The notes beneath the pieces are model-generated. The model was not told the DNA's origin. It saw only the letters and a list, made by a program, of their open reading frames with translations, and did no database searches. A program made the position numbers and the translations under genes. From an uncultured Planctomycetaceae bacterium (lineage in GTDB: Bacteria > Planctomycetota > Planctomycetia > Pirellulales > PALSA-1355): 64,000 nucleotides of DNA. The DNA is taken from assembly GCA_963785305.1 (NCBI GenBank), contig CAWAUV010000006.1, positions 64,001 through 128,000 on the forward strand. The letters run 5' to 3'. This document shows positions 1-11,890 of the stretch, in pieces. Positions within the stretch are counted from its first letter, which is position 1; the number at the start of each line of letters is the position of its first letter.

Positions 1-40
1 TTGGGCGGGGGCATGTCGGGTGCGGAGTCGGCGGCGGGGT

Positions 41-3000
41 TCACGCCGCCCGCGGCGCTGCGCCGGCGGGCATCGCGCCACCCGCGGGCGCTGCGCCACC
101 GCCGGCCGCTGGCGCGGGGGCGATCGGGAACTTGCCGGCTGGCACCGCGCGGCCCGCGGCGCCGGGCGCCGCGCCCGCGGGCGCGAGGCCCGCCGGGCCC
201 GGCTTTTTGAAGTTCAATACCGGTGGCGGCGGCGGGTCTTTATCGGGCGGCAGCCGGCCGGAGTCCACCAGCATGTAGCCGGCCCAAAAGAAAGGATGGT
301 CGGCATTGGGCGTCGCGGCGTCGGCCCGGTTGATCTTGAGTCGCGGCTCGGAGCCCACGTCCAGCGGTCGGCTCGTGGCCAGTAGCACGCTCCGCTGCCA
401 TGCGTCGGCGGCCGAGGTGTTGGGCAACTCTTGGGCAAACTCGCGCATGAGGTCGATGCTGCTCTGCCCGCCGGTCCGCCAGCGGCTAATCAGCGCCGTG
501 CGAACTCCCGAGCCCATGAGCCCACAGACCGAGAGAAAGATGTCTTGGCCCGTGGCGTTGTGTTTCAGGCCGTTTTCGGCGGCCGAATGAAAGCCCGGCA
601 AAATGATTTTTTCGGGATTGCCCCACGGCAAATGCAGCCAGGCGTCGAGCGTCGAGCCCGGCTTGTTGCGATCAAGCTGGGCGGGCGACCAATCGTAGGG
701 CCCATCGCTCGGGCGAATGTCATCGAGCACGATCAATTCGTCGAACAGCGAACGATAAAGCGACGACGCGGCTGGCGGCGTCGAGGGCCAAGCGATCGCG
801 CCAGGCAGCGCCTGACGGATTTCGGCAAAAGCCGCCTGGCTCACGCTCGCATCGTCTTGCGGATACAACCGGCCGTTGACCACGCCCACCTTGAGATTCG
901 GCTTGTCGACCCGGCTATAGGGAATCGCCAAGCCCACCGTGGGCGCATAGCGCACGCGCACATGTGAGATCAGCGGCGTGCCCGCCTTGTCGATCGGCAG
1001 CGCCTCGAACGGCAAATACCAGAGCGGCCCGTCGGGCACGATCACGATCTCGTCGAACTTGGCCGAGAGGTCGAGATGTTTTTCGCTGAGCGTGTCGAGA
1101 ATTCTGGCCGCCATTTTTCGCCACGAGTCCTTGCCCAGGTCGGCCAGGCTGACCAAGTGGTTCGATTCCACATGGCCCATCTCGCGGAGCATGCCGGCGA
1201 TGGTTTTCGGCAAACTGGCGCCGCCCGACACGCGCCAATCGGTGTATTTCTCGCGGCCATAGACAAACGCATGCAGTCCTTCGTCGGTGTTGACGAACAC
1301 GAGCAGCACCTGACCGGGATTGAGAGCCCGCTGCACATCATTGGTGGCTCTCACCGGAGGGAAAACAAAATCGGCCGCTTCGCGCCGCACCGCCATTTGC
1401 CGCAGCAGCAACTCTTGCAAGTGGCCGATGCCAGCCAGTTCGTTGAACGTCGCCACCTGTTCCTTGCGGCCTTCGGGCGTTTCGGGCGCAAGCGGCTTCG
1501 AGGCGAGCAGCGACTTGAGCTTGCGGGCCTTTTCGCCAAGCTGTTCGTAGTCGGAATAGCGCGAAAGCAATTCTTGCCGCTGCAAGCGCGCTTGATCGCT
1601 GAGCAGTTCGACCGGGCCCTCGAGCAGCCAGCGCAGGGCGAGCATCCGTCCGCCAAAGGGCAGCGTCGAGTAGAAATCATGCCGCCGCTTGCGGTCAGCC
1701 ACTTCCACCGCGAGGTCGCGGTTTTCGGTGCCGTGTTTGAGCAGCGCGTTGAACCAGTTTTCATAGGGCGCCGGATGCGGCGTCATGAGCAGCGCCAAAC
1801 ATTCCAGCGGGCTGCTCAGCCAATCGGCCGGAGTCGGGTCGCGGAGCAACGCTTCGTAGAGCAGCAGCCCCACCCGCTCGTTGAGAGCGCCGCTCACGAA
1901 CATGTCGTTCGCCAGATTGAGTTGAAAGACCCACAGGGAGCCGTGGCGCTCGTAGGTCATGGCGTTTAGGAGCGCGGCGTCTCCATCGGTGGCGTTGCCA
2001 AGCTGATAACTGGTGAGCGAGGTGACATGGTTCATCCGGGCGCCCAAGTCGCCGGCCAGCATATCATGGCGGCCGATCACATTGCGGGCGTCGGTGAGCA
2101 TCGCCACGGCCCGGGGAGTATCACCGTGAGCCGCGAAGTTTTCGGCGGCCATCACCGACACCGAGCCATTGAGCTGCCGGAATCCCTGGGCTTTGGCCCA
2201 GGTGGCGGCGGTGAGCAGCGGGGGATAGATGCCCTTTTGGCCCGAGATCACATGGTTGAGCGCGCCGAAGCGAAATGCTTCCTCGAGCAAGCCGAAGTCC
2301 TGCCAAATGACGGCCGAATAGGTGGTTTCCTCGAAATAGCGGCCGGCCGAAACAAAGTCGCCCATCTGGAGCGTGATCAGCCCGAGCTCGAATAGCGCCG
2401 TTCCGGTGAGCGGATGGTCGAACTCGCCGCCCACGACCAGCGAACGCTGCAGGCAGGTGATTGCCTGCGGATAGTTTTCGGCCGAGGCATAGGCCGCGCC
2501 GAGTTGCACATCGATCCAGGCCTCGGACCAATTATTGGGCGGACCCGGCCGAGCGGCGAGCGCGGCGATCACGCGGCCCGTCAGCGGGTCGTGTTTTGAG
2601 ATCGGGCCGAGCAGTTCGCGGCGGCGGCGAATGGCAATGGTCGTGGCGCGCACGATTTCCGAGGCGTTGACCGGGAAGAGCATTGGCGCCTGCACGACGC
2701 CGCCCTGCATGATGACCTGATTGTTGTTGATCTGACCGCGGCTAAACATGATCTGGTTGGGAATGCTGCCCAGATGGGCGCCGCGCCGACTCACGCCCCA
2801 GGGCGTCACCGGCGCCGCTCCGCTCGCCGCGCCGACGCTCACCGGAAACTGGCCGCGGAGCATCCAGTCGTGATTCGCGCAGAAGTATTCGAGCGCGGCC
2901 GTGTATTGGGCCAGGGCTTGCGGCAACTGGCCCATGTGGTAGTAGCACTCGCCCGCCATGGTGTAATAGCACACCGAGTCGATCCAGCGATTGCTGCCGG

Positions 3001-3268
3001 TCTTGATGCTCCCGCCCTGCTGCTCCGTGAGATACACGGCCAAGGCGTCGCGGTAGTCGCCATCGTAGAACGAGGCAAACGCGGCGTAATAGCCGGTCGT
3101 GGGTATCGAGTCCATGAACTGCGCCGCCGCGGGCCGCGCCAGCAGCAGGCTTCCCAGCGCCAAGGCCAGCGCGCAGCCGATCGCGGTTCGCGAGCGGCGG
3201 CTCCCAGGTAAAACGCCCGGTCGCGGCGCGCGGCCGGGCGGCGGGGCGCAGAGATGGTGGTTCGCCAT
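41..3268 (-). CDS. Secreted TPR + CHAT-like domain protein
   Basis: Signal-like LALALGSLLLARPAAA; TPR-like helices; C-terminal IVIVPDGPLWYLPFEAL, LISRW and HPFFWAGYMLV motifs typical of CHAT domains; start codon uncertain. Confidence 0.8.
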   Translation of the reverse strand: MANHHLCAPPPGRAPRPGVLPGSRRSRTAIGCALALALGSLLLARPAAAQFMDSIPTTGYYAAFASFYDGDYRDALAVYLTEQQGGSIKTGSNRWIDSVCYYTMAGECYYHMGQLPQALAQYTAALEYFCANHDWMLRGQFPVSVGAASGAAPVTPWGVSRRGAHLGSIPNQIMFSRGQINNNQVIMQGGVVQAPMLFPVNASEIVRATTIAIRRRRELLGPISKHDPLTGRVIAALAARPGPPNNWSEAWIDVQLGAAYASAENYPQAITCLQRSLVVGGEFDHPLTGTALFELGLITLQMGDFVSAGRYFEETTYSAVIWQDFGLLEEAFRFGALNHVISGQKGIYPPLLTAATWAKAQGFRQLNGSVSVMAAENFAAHGDTPRAVAMLTDARNVIGRHDMLAGDLGARMNHVTSLTSYQLGNATDGDAALLNAMTYERHGSLWVFQLNLANDMFVSGALNERVGLLLYEALLRDPTPADWLSSPLECLALLMTPHPAPYENWFNALLKHGTENRDLAVEVADRKRRHDFYSTLPFGGRMLALRWLLEGPVELLSDQARLQRQELLSRYSDYEQLGEKARKLKSLLASKPLAPETPEGRKEQVATFNELAGIGHLQELLLRQMAVRREAADFVFPPVRATNDVQRALNPGQVLLVFVNTDEGLHAFVYGREKYTDWRVSGGASLPKTIAGMLREMGHVESNHLVSLADLGKDSWRKMAARILDTLSEKHLDLSAKFDEIVIVPDGPLWYLPFEALPIDKAGTPLISHVRVRYAPTVGLAIPYSRVDKPNLKVGVVNGRLYPQDDASVSQAAFAEIRQALPGAIAWPSTPPAASSLYRSLFDELIVLDDIRPSDGPYDWSPAQLDRNKPGSTLDAWLHLPWGNPEKIILPGFHSAAENGLKHNATGQDIFLSVCGLMGSGVRTALISRWRTGGQSSIDLMREFAQELPNTSAADAWQRSVLLATSRPLDVGSEPRLKINRADAATPNADHPFFWAGYMLVDSGRLPPDKDPPPPPVLNFKKPGPAGLAPAGAAPGAAGRAVPAGKFPIAPAPAAGGGAAPAGGAMPAGAAPRAA

Positions 3269-3684
3269 GCGACGTGTGCTCCCAAACTCCGGAAACGCGA
3301 CTGCCGACACTTGGCGAAAAGTCGCCCCGATGGCGCCAGTTCGCTCGTACTCCATCATAGCCATCTTGTCAGCTCCATGCGAGTTTTCGCGGCCAGTTCG
3401 CCGCTGAACCGTCGATCCACCGCTCCCCGCGCGAGCTTGCAAGTACTGCCACCACCGCCGGCGCCAGCGAATTGACCGAGCGCCTGGATCGCGAGCGAAA
3501 GCGCCGAACCGACCGAAAGCGTTTTTTCCATCGAATCCGACGAATTCGCAAACTCTTCTAAGCTTACCGCTCTCGGTGGCCGATAACGAATGCAACGATT
3601 GTAGGGGTTGTCGCGGCGGCGAGGGCGTTGCCCGCGACGGACTCCACACACATGGCTCGCGTTGGGATCGCAGGGAGACTCGGC

Positions 3685-4083
3685 ATGCGACATTACACTT
3701 CCGTCAGCCGCTCTTGGCCGGGCGCCATCTGCGGGCTCGGAATCTTCATGCTCTTGGGTGGGACCGGCTGCCAGACACAGGTAGGCGGCCAGACGCTGCC
3801 GAGCCCGCACTACTTGACCGACGACGTGCAGTACTACGCGCCCGGTCCAGAATTCAAGCTCGCTCGCGAGGCCGCGGCGCAAAAGGCGTTTGCCAGCGCT
3901 CAAGCGGCCGGCGCCGCGGGCGCCGTGGGACCCGGTCCCGGCGTGCCTCAGCCGCCGCCGGCGCCCCAACCGCCGCCTGGAGCGGGCGCAGGGACTCGTA
4001 TGCCGGGCAGTCCGCCCGCGCCGAGCATGGGACCCGGTTCGATGTTTTCCAATGACGGCGTCTATGTGACCGGAAGTCGTTAA
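3685..4083 (+). CDS. Small planctomycete-type lipoprotein, hypothetical
   Basis: Hydrophobic stretch with lipobox-like GTGC; GQTLPSPHYLTDDVQYY core; Pro-rich tail. Confidence 0.7.
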   Translation: MRHYTSVSRSWPGAICGLGIFMLLGGTGCQTQVGGQTLPSPHYLTDDVQYYAPGPEFKLAREAAAQKAFASAQAAGAAGAVGPGPGVPQPPPAPQPPPGAGAGTRMPGSPPAPSMGPGSMFSNDGVYVTGSR

Positions 4084-4634
4084 AACGCCGATGGGAAAGT
4101 CGCCCGCGCCGGCGGCTTCGAGATCGGATGCGATACTCATCGCGGCCGGAAAGAGCCGGTCATCGCGTCTATCAAGGAAAGGGCATTTATAGATCACCAT
4201 CGGCGACGGCGCTCGCGGCTTGCTCGTCATCCCCGCGCCGTCGCTGACAAGTTTCGTCGAGTGTTCGAGCAATCGATCAGAGCGCTGCGCCCACGTTTGC
4301 CCGGCGCGCGTGGAAGGTTGTTCGGACATTGGGGGGACGACGCCCTCGGAGCCCTGACGACGGAGTCGCGACTCATTGCCCAACTTGGGCGAGTCGTCGC
4401 CGCTCAGTCGTCAGCGGCTCGAGGGAATTTTTAACGAGCGACCGGCCCACGTCCGACTCCGACTGGAGAATGGGTCGGTTCGCTTTTGCGCCCCAGGCAT
4501 CGCGCCAAAATGGCGTAGTGGCGCCGGGGCAAAAAGCGGATCGAACGGTTTTCGAGACAATCGCGATCCCCGCGGATTCCGTGTTGTGCCGTGTTGGAGC
4601 GCCCGACCTAACTCTTGCGGAGAAGATCGACGCC

Positions 4635-5114
4635 ATGCCTTTTCCACCTGATTTTTGGACGGCGCTCGCGTCGTGGTGCGCGGCAAGTGTCGACGCCGCG
4701 GCGCCGGCCGCCGCCACGCACGCTCCCAGTTTCTTCGCCACCGCCGAAGTCTGGTGTCACACCGTGCTGATCTGGATCGGCTTCGGCACGCTCGCGGGTC
4801 TCGTGGCCAAGGCCATGATGCCGGGCCGCGATCCGGGCGGCGCCGTGGCCACGCTGCTCATGGGAGTCGGCGGCAGCGTGATCGGGTGTGGCTCACTCAC
4901 CTATTTCTCCCACGGCATGCATGTCAGCCCGATCAGCCCCTTGGGGTTCGTCGTGGCCACGGGCGGAGCGTTTGTGCTGCTGGCTTTCTACAAACTGCTC
5001 TCCGGCCGCTTTGTGCGCGAGACGGGAGAAACCACTCGAATTATCGAGGAACGCGCGCCAGCCTATCGCCGCCGCCGCCGGACGAACATCGCCGAAAAGA
5101 TTCTCGACGAATAG
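4635..5114 (+). CDS. GlsB/YeaQ/YmgE family membrane protein
   Basis: WIGFGTLAGLVAKAMMPGRDPGG...GVGGSVIG signature. Confidence 0.85.
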   Translation: MPFPPDFWTALASWCAASVDAAAPAAATHAPSFFATAEVWCHTVLIWIGFGTLAGLVAKAMMPGRDPGGAVATLLMGVGGSVIGCGSLTYFSHGMHVSPISPLGFVVATGGAFVLLAFYKLLSGRFVRETGETTRIIEERAPAYRRRRRTNIAEKILDE

Positions 5115-5177
5115 CAACGCCTCGATCGCCACGCGCCATGGCCGCTAGCCGCGAGATTGTCCACGCCCGACGACCGA

Positions 5178-5616
5178 TCAGTTGATCGGCGGCGGAACCG
5201 GCAGCCGGCTCGACAGTTCGATCGTGTGTCCATCGGGATCGCGAAAGAATATCTGCACGATTCCATCGCCGGCCATGCGGCCCTTGCGATATTCGATGCC
5301 CCGAGCCGCGAGGCCGCGCTCGATGGCTTCCATGTCTTCCGCACAGCGCCACATGGTCGCCGCGGCTATTGATCGGCCCCGAGGGATCGCCGGCCGTTTG
5401 GCTCTCGATTAGGTGCAGCATGAGGCCGTCCCGATGGAGCCACGCTCCGGCGAAGTCGAAATTCGGCCGCCGCACTTCTTGAAAGCCGAGCACGCCGCGA
5501 TAAAACGCCCTGCTCGCGGCGAGCCGCTTCGTGGCCAGGGCAATATGTCCCAGCCCCGAGATCGGCAGCGGCTCGTTCGCCGTGGTCGGGGCTTCGCGCG
5601 ATGGTTCTTGGGTCAT
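5178..5616 (-). CDS. VOC/glyoxalase family protein (frameshift near 5342)
   Basis: LGHIAL...SRAFYRGVLGF; continues in another frame as QIFFRDPDGHTIEL to TGA at 5178. Confidence 0.8.
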
Positions 5617-5857
5617 CAGGTTTCCTTCCGCGGGCTGTTGGTCACGCGGCGCCACAGGGCTCAACGGCCAGGAGTCGCGGCGATCGATCGGGGATCGAAT
5701 TGCTCGATTGTAGCGGATGTGCTGCCGATAAGCATTCTAGCGGATGTTCTCGATTTGACGGCGCGTCGCCGCGCGGGCTGGCCCGCGGCGCGAAGGCGCC
5801 TGTTATCGAGCGAGAGCGCCGCGGGGGTGGGGCCCGTATTCTGCCGCGGAGGATGGC

Positions 5858-6616
5858 ATGTTTGCTCGCAGAGCTTATTTTTTGCTGCTCGCCTTAACGC
5901 TCGCGTCAAGCGGCGGCTGCGCCTACGAAGGTCTTTGCAATTTGCGAGATCGCCTCGCCTGCGATTATCAAGCCCGTCACTATATGGGCCCGCAATGCGG
6001 CCAGTTCTACTGGAGCGAATGGTTCAACGATCCACCGGCCTGCTGCGAGCCGTGCAATGAATGCGGCAGCTACAAAGCGCGGGGCGGCTGCGCCAGGTCT
6101 TATCTTCGCGCGCGGCGGCAGTCGTTTTTCCATAGCTTGTTCGGCCCGAGCGATTGCCAATTCGGCTCCTATCCGCTCGATCACGCGAATTGCGGCGGCT
6201 TGGCCCCGGTTCCCTATGGCCCGGGTCCGGGGGTGGTCGGCGCGAACGGTCCCAGTTGCACTTCTTGCGGCTGCAATGGCGGCGGCGGTTTCGCGCTCGG
6301 GCTTCACAACTTCATGGATCGGGTTTTGAACCACGGCGGCCCGACATCGGGCTGCGGTTGTCGCGGCGAGGCGATGATGGACGAAGGACCGCCACCGACG
6401 GGCTCATACGAGATGAGCTCGCCGGCGCCCGCGGTGGAGACGATTCCGACGCCCGCGCCGACTCGCGCGAGGCCGACTCCAGCCAATCCCGACCGGCAGT
6501 CGAAGCGGAGCCGAATGGCAAATCCGGTGTCGTATGAGGAATCCGACGCCTACGACGACGTGTTCGAAGATGGCGAACAGCCGCTCGCCGGTCCAACGCG
6601 GATTTTGCGACGCTGA
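5858..6616 (+). CDS. Cys-rich planctomycete lipoprotein, hypothetical
   Basis: Lipobox-like SGGC; FYWSEWFNDPPACCEPCNECG motif; many Cys. Confidence 0.7.
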   Translation: MFARRAYFLLLALTLASSGGCAYEGLCNLRDRLACDYQARHYMGPQCGQFYWSEWFNDPPACCEPCNECGSYKARGGCARSYLRARRQSFFHSLFGPSDCQFGSYPLDHANCGGLAPVPYGPGPGVVGANGPSCTSCGCNGGGGFALGLHNFMDRVLNHGGPTSGCGCRGEAMMDEGPPPTGSYEMSSPAPAVETIPTPAPTRARPTPANPDRQSKRSRMANPVSYEESDAYDDVFEDGEQPLAGPTRILRR

Positions 6617-6676
6617 ACATCGCGGGCGAACTTCGCCGCCGGACGCCGCGCCGCAAGCGGTTCGCGATCGTTCCCG

Positions 6677-9609
6677 TCATTCCGCCGAGAGAATCTCGGT
6701 CGTGGCGTTGGCCACCGTGGCGTTGGCCTGACGCAAGCTGGTCACGTCGGCCGAAATGCTCGCCGTGCCGGGTCGAATGGCGCGAGCGCGAATTTCGAAG
6801 GTCACTGTCTCGCCGGCGCGAAGTTCGTTGATCGGCGTGAACCGGAGCGTGTCTTGAAATCGGGTTGATTGGCCGCCGCGAATCGCCTCGACGCTCACTT
6901 GGTCGGGTAAGTTGACCCGAACCAGCACTTGCCGATCGGACTCCGCGGTGCGATTGGCGAGCGTGAGACGATACGTGACCATGCCACCGACGCGAATCGG
7001 GTCCATGTCGTCGGTCACGCTCAGGGTAAGATTGCCCGGCGCGGTCGAGGGCGGCGATTGAATCGGCGGCGGAGCCCGGCGCGGGGCCGCGGGCGGCGCT
7101 TCACGCGACTCTGGCGGCGGGGATCGCGGCGCGATCGGTTGCTCCTCGCGCACCGTGGTTGGCAGCGGGGGCGCCGTCGCCGGAAAACGTGGCGCCTCGA
7201 CCGATGTTTCGCCCTCGCCGCGCGAGGCGGCGCCGTCGGGGCCGGGCAATATCTCGAGGCAAGCCCGCGCCGCTTGACTCACATCGCCATCGGCCGTGAC
7301 CGTGGCCCAGTTGCAGGCCAAGTTCGCTTCGCCGACGCAGTCGCAATTGACGGTCAACTGAATCGTCTTGCCCGGGGCGAGCGATGCATAGCGCCAGACG
7401 AGCGCGCCGGGCGAAGTGTCGAAACCTTGCGTCGCGCCGGTGGGCCGGAGCGTCGTCTCGGGATTGATCGACACGCGCACATTCGTGAGCGGCTCGGCGC
7501 TCGTGTTTTGCGCCTCGACGAAGAACTCCGCCAATTCGCCCACGCGCCGCTGCCGCGGACCGGTGATGCGCAGCGCGCACCGATGGCGGGGCCGGCGCGG
7601 CGACGGGCGGAGCGGCCGCTGGCGGCGCTATCGACGGCGGCGCCGTGGCCGGCGTGGGCTCAAGGGCGGGTGGCGAGGTCGCTCCCGGCGGCGCGAAGGT
7701 GGCGCCGGGCGGCGGCGCCATGCCGGGCGCGCCGGCGCCCGGCGCCGCGGCGGAATCGAGCCCCACGACGCAAGCCCGCGTCGAAGCGCGCACCGCGTCG
7801 CCGCGCGAGATTTCCACGGTGTGACATAGCTGGCCGGCGCGCACTACCCGGAAGGTGACATTGACCTTCTGTGATCCTCCCGGCGGCACATCGGGAAGTT
7901 CGCTCTGAATGGGGCTCGCGCCGATCTGATGCTCCAACCCCTCATCGAAGCGATCCGTGAGCACAAGCCCCATCGCCGGCGCCGCTCCGCGATTGAAGAC
8001 TTCGATCTGGAATTGAGCGGTGGCGCCCACGGCCGCGCTCGGCGGCCCGGTGACGCGAAGTTCCACTTGGCTTTCGCCGACCGTGGTGGCCACGCAATCG
8101 CGCGCTTGAAGCCCATCGGCGCCGACGGCGGTGGCGCAATACTGCAGGGCGCCCGGCTGCGTTACGCGGTAATTGATTTCGATCAAGCGTGTCGTGTTGG
8201 GAGCGATGTCGCCCAGCGCCACTCTTGCGCCGGGCGAAACATCGGCGGCGGGGTTGCTGTTGACGAAGGCCAGGCCCGGGCCGGCCGAATCGGTGAGCAC
8301 CACATCGCGCGCCGCCGCGCCGCCGCCATTGCTGACCTCGACCTGATAGGTGAGCAACGCGCCCACGCTGCCGAGCGCGGGCCCGCGAGCGCGAAGCGTG
8401 AGCTGCGAGGCGGTCCAGGTGGCCGTGGTCGAGCCGGCGCCGAGCGTAAGGCGCCGCCCGCCCGCGCCGCTATTGGCCGGGCGAATGACTTGGATCGCGA
8501 TTTGATTCGAACCCGCGACCGGGCCTTTTTCGAATAGCTCGACACTGGCTTGGCCCTGGTCGTTGGTGGTCACTTCCACGGCCGGCGCCGTCGGGCGAGA
8601 AGCCGGCCTCGGGACCGCCTTGCACTTCATAGCGCACCACATAACCGGCCGCGGGTGAACCATCGCTCTGATGCGTGACCAGGGTCGTGAGCGTGCCGCG
8701 ACCGCCCACCGGGCTGAGCAGCGGCGGCGGAAAATTCCACTGGGCGTCGACCCAGTAAATCGAAGCGTTTTGTTGGCGTCGGTCCCAAGCGGTCACGCCC
8801 GGCGCGTAGGCTGTCACATGCGTCGTGCCTTCGCTCGGCGAGCTGATGCTCACCCAGGCCTGGCCGGTGTGGACGATCAAGTCGTCGACCGGAGTGGGAG
8901 TGCCGCGATCGAGTGTCACTGGACGGGTGCTGGTGGTGTTGATCGCATAGGTCGCGTCGACCTTTTTCGGCAGGCCACGAATATGATTCAAGCAGTCGAG
9001 CAAGCCGTTTTGACCAAGCTGCACGAAATGGCCCGGGTCGCTCGCATTGAGCATCCATTCGACTCGTTCCCGCTCGAGCAGATAACCCTTGTCGCCCATG
9101 ATGCCGGCCACGAGCACCACTTCGCTGCCGATCGGGGCCACGATCTGGGTGGGGGCGATCGAAAGCCCGGGCAGGCCCGCGCGTCCAAACGACGCCGCGA
9201 GCACCGGCGGGCCGAGCGCGGCCACGGCGCCGGGCGCGAGCGTGGGCGCGACGTTGGCCTCGGGTAAAGCGGCTCCCGGAGCGCCGGCCGGTAGCCCCGG
9301 CATGGCGATCACGGGGCCGGGCGCGTAGGGCGGAGTGCGGTAGGAGCCGATTGGCGGAGCGTCGGCCGGGGCGAAGAGTCGCTCGCCCGTGGGATCGATG
9401 CGCAGCGGGCAGCGAAACGGGCTTCGAAGCGATGCGCAGCTAAAGTTCGTGCAACCGGTCGCGCTGAGCGCGGCCGAGGCGACGAGCGCTACCAGCAGCA
9501 GGGAGAGAGCGATTCGAACCCCGGCGCTCGGAGCGCCCGAGAGCGCGCAGTCCGAGCCGGCGCAAGGAAGAGCGCGAGAGCGGTTCGGCGATGGCAAGCT
9601 GGGGCGCAT
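6677..9609 (-). CDS. DUF11 repeat (OmcB-like) lipoprotein, split by frameshifts near 8580 and 7560
   Basis: Repeated Y(Q/R)(V/L)xxxNxG...VVLTD Ig-like units across ORFs 8470-9663, 7101-8663 and 6677-7543. Confidence 0.75.
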
Positions 9610-9905
9610 GTCGCGGGCGGGCACGGGGAGCGTTGAGGCAAGTATTAGGAGTCTCGCGATCACCGCGGATTTTGGCCGCGCACCGCGAGAACATCCCCTC
9701 TACGTGAAACGTACCATGCACTTTTTGCAACATGATGATTTTTTGCAACGCGAACATCTTCCGCCCGCCGCCGGAACGGCACAACCGGATTAAATTGCGC
9801 CACCGGAAACTCGGATCAACATCTCACCGCGGCCATTCGATCGACTCAACCACGCGACCCGATCGAGCGACTCCGCCGCGCGGCGGTCACTCGATGGCCG
9901 CGTTG

Positions 9906-11718
9906 CTACGGCGGGGGAATTTCGCCGCCAATCGCGACATCGTCGGGCGTTTCAAACACGACCGCGGTATCGAAGCGGCCCTTGCCACCCTCGTCGACGC
10001 CGTTCCATCCGACGGTCTTGAGCGCGAATCGATTGCCCGACATTCTGATAAAGCAATGGCTTGCCTGTAAAACGATCTTGCGGCTCGGCGGACAGATACC
10101 GGGGCACAAGCGCCGCCAAGCTGTCCGGATAGCGGCCATGATCCAAATAGTGCTTGTTCAAGGCGCAGCCGACAAGCGTCAGATCGATCGCCGATTTCGC
10201 GACTTCGCGTCGGGCCGCAAAAACGGCGAACGCGTGCACGGCCATCTCAAGCGTCATTTTTTTGCAGATGAACGAAATCCCGGTATCCATTTCTTTGTCG
10301 ATCGCGCCACCGATCGGTCGACGCTTGACCGCTTCGATGTCGCTCACGAGCGATCGAACGACGTCGATCCGCTCTCGCGTCGTGGGCTTGTCGAGCGCGG
10401 CGACGTAGTAATCGAAATATTCATTGACGCTTTGGCTGAGAGAATCCCAGTCGATGCCACGGGCGGCCTGAGCGTCGGTCCAAGCACGACTGATGCCCCG
10501 CCCGTCGGCGCCGGCGCCAACGGCGAATGCGCCGCGCCCTCGCGGGCAACGAGGCCGAGGGTGTCGAGCGCGAATATTCGAAACACGCCATCGAGTGTTG
10601 CGTCCGCGCGAGGCAACGGCGGGAGGCACGCAAGATCATGCTCGATGCGCGTCAACTGTTCCCGCGAGAGCCGCCGCCGAAGCAGCACTTGAGTACGCAG
10701 GCTGGCGTCGAAATCGCACATGGCGCCGACCCTAACTTCGATCAGAATGCGGGCTATGCCGAGCAGGCGGGCCAGGCGATGCGCCGTCAAGATATCCGCC
10801 CAAGCCGAGTCGATGTCGCCCTCGCCGATCCGCAACATGGCACGATCAATCAATAGCCCATAAACGCGGCGGGACGCGAAGTAAAACAATGCTTGCGCGT
10901 GAAACAGCGAATCGTGATCGGAAAGGATCGGGGAATAGCACCGGGGCCGCGTGGCGCCTTCGGCGAGCAACTCCAGCGGTGTTTCGTTCGCCGCGAGCCA
11001 GTCGGCCAGCAGCGGGCAATCGGCCTTTCTCCACGGCCCTGTCTTCGCGCGCTTTTGAAATTCTTGGGCCGCGGCGAGGGCGACCTTTCGGTCCGACTCA
11101 GGCAGAGTTCGCCGGGCCACCTCGTCCATCGAAACAAGGCGGTTTTTCAGCGGCGCGCTGGAATCGAATCCCAAGCGTCGAGCGACCTCGGCGCGGTCCT
11201 TGTCGTTAACCCCTTCGAATCCGGCGACTTCCCAAATAAGCACGGCAGCGTTGTTCTCCGGCGTGACGCCTTCGCTTGCTCGCTCATTCACATAGGCAAC
11301 GTAGTCGACGTAGCCGTCAGTTCGACTTTCGCGGTTTTCAAAAGTTCCGATAGCCCGATTCGTCGTGGTTTCTCCGATTTCGGCGCGTTTCCGGCAACCT
11401 TCGGCCTCTCGGTAACATGCAAAAATTGGCAGTTCGGCCGTCAAACTGTGCAAAACCCACGAGAAATCGGCGATTCGAGTGCTAGCAAAAAACGCGAAAC
11501 TTGAAGTCAGGCCGAAGCGGCCGAGAGACGATCGTGGCGCGGGGCGACGGCGTGATGCGGGGCCGCGGCGGCTTGAATGCCCAACGGGCGAGTTGGCCGC
11601 CCCAACCGTCAAGCCTATCTACAGCTACGAAGGCAAAAATAGCGAGCCAACCGGCTACAAACAGCGCGAGCTGCCACTTACTCGGCATCTTAAGCCAATA
11701 AGGACGACGCCAAATCAT
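9906..11718 (-). pseudogene. Membrane-anchored planctomycete hypothetical protein disrupted by a MITE (plus frameshifts)
   Basis: Removing 11321-11505 and one TSD rejoins ...IVSRPLRPD|GYVDYVAYVNERASEGVTPENNAA; C-terminal YPDSLAALVPRYL...DRFTGKPLLY...VGWNGVDEGG. Confidence 0.8.
11321..11505. mobile_element. 185-bp MITE (copy 1) related to the IS701-like element
   Basis: 5-bp TSD GTCAG (11316-11320, 11506-11510); one end identical to the IS IR; reverse complement of 52672-52856. Confidence 0.95.
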
Positions 11719-11890
11719 GTTGGTCGATCGGGGTTTCGCGAAATCGAGTCGAAACGCGCCTTCAAAAAACGAACCTCGGTTCAACGCCGCCGTTTCACCA
11801 CTGCGGTATCAATAACAAAAGGACATCGCCCCAATTGTTTGGTAGGCGATCAAATGCGGCGCGAACCCCGACAAACGAGCCGCTTCTTCC

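Noticed and set aside
9722..9749. Direct repeat TTTTTGCAAC x2 upstream of the DUF11 gene
   Set aside because: Could be an operator, but it is short, has only two copies and no candidate regulator; insufficient support.
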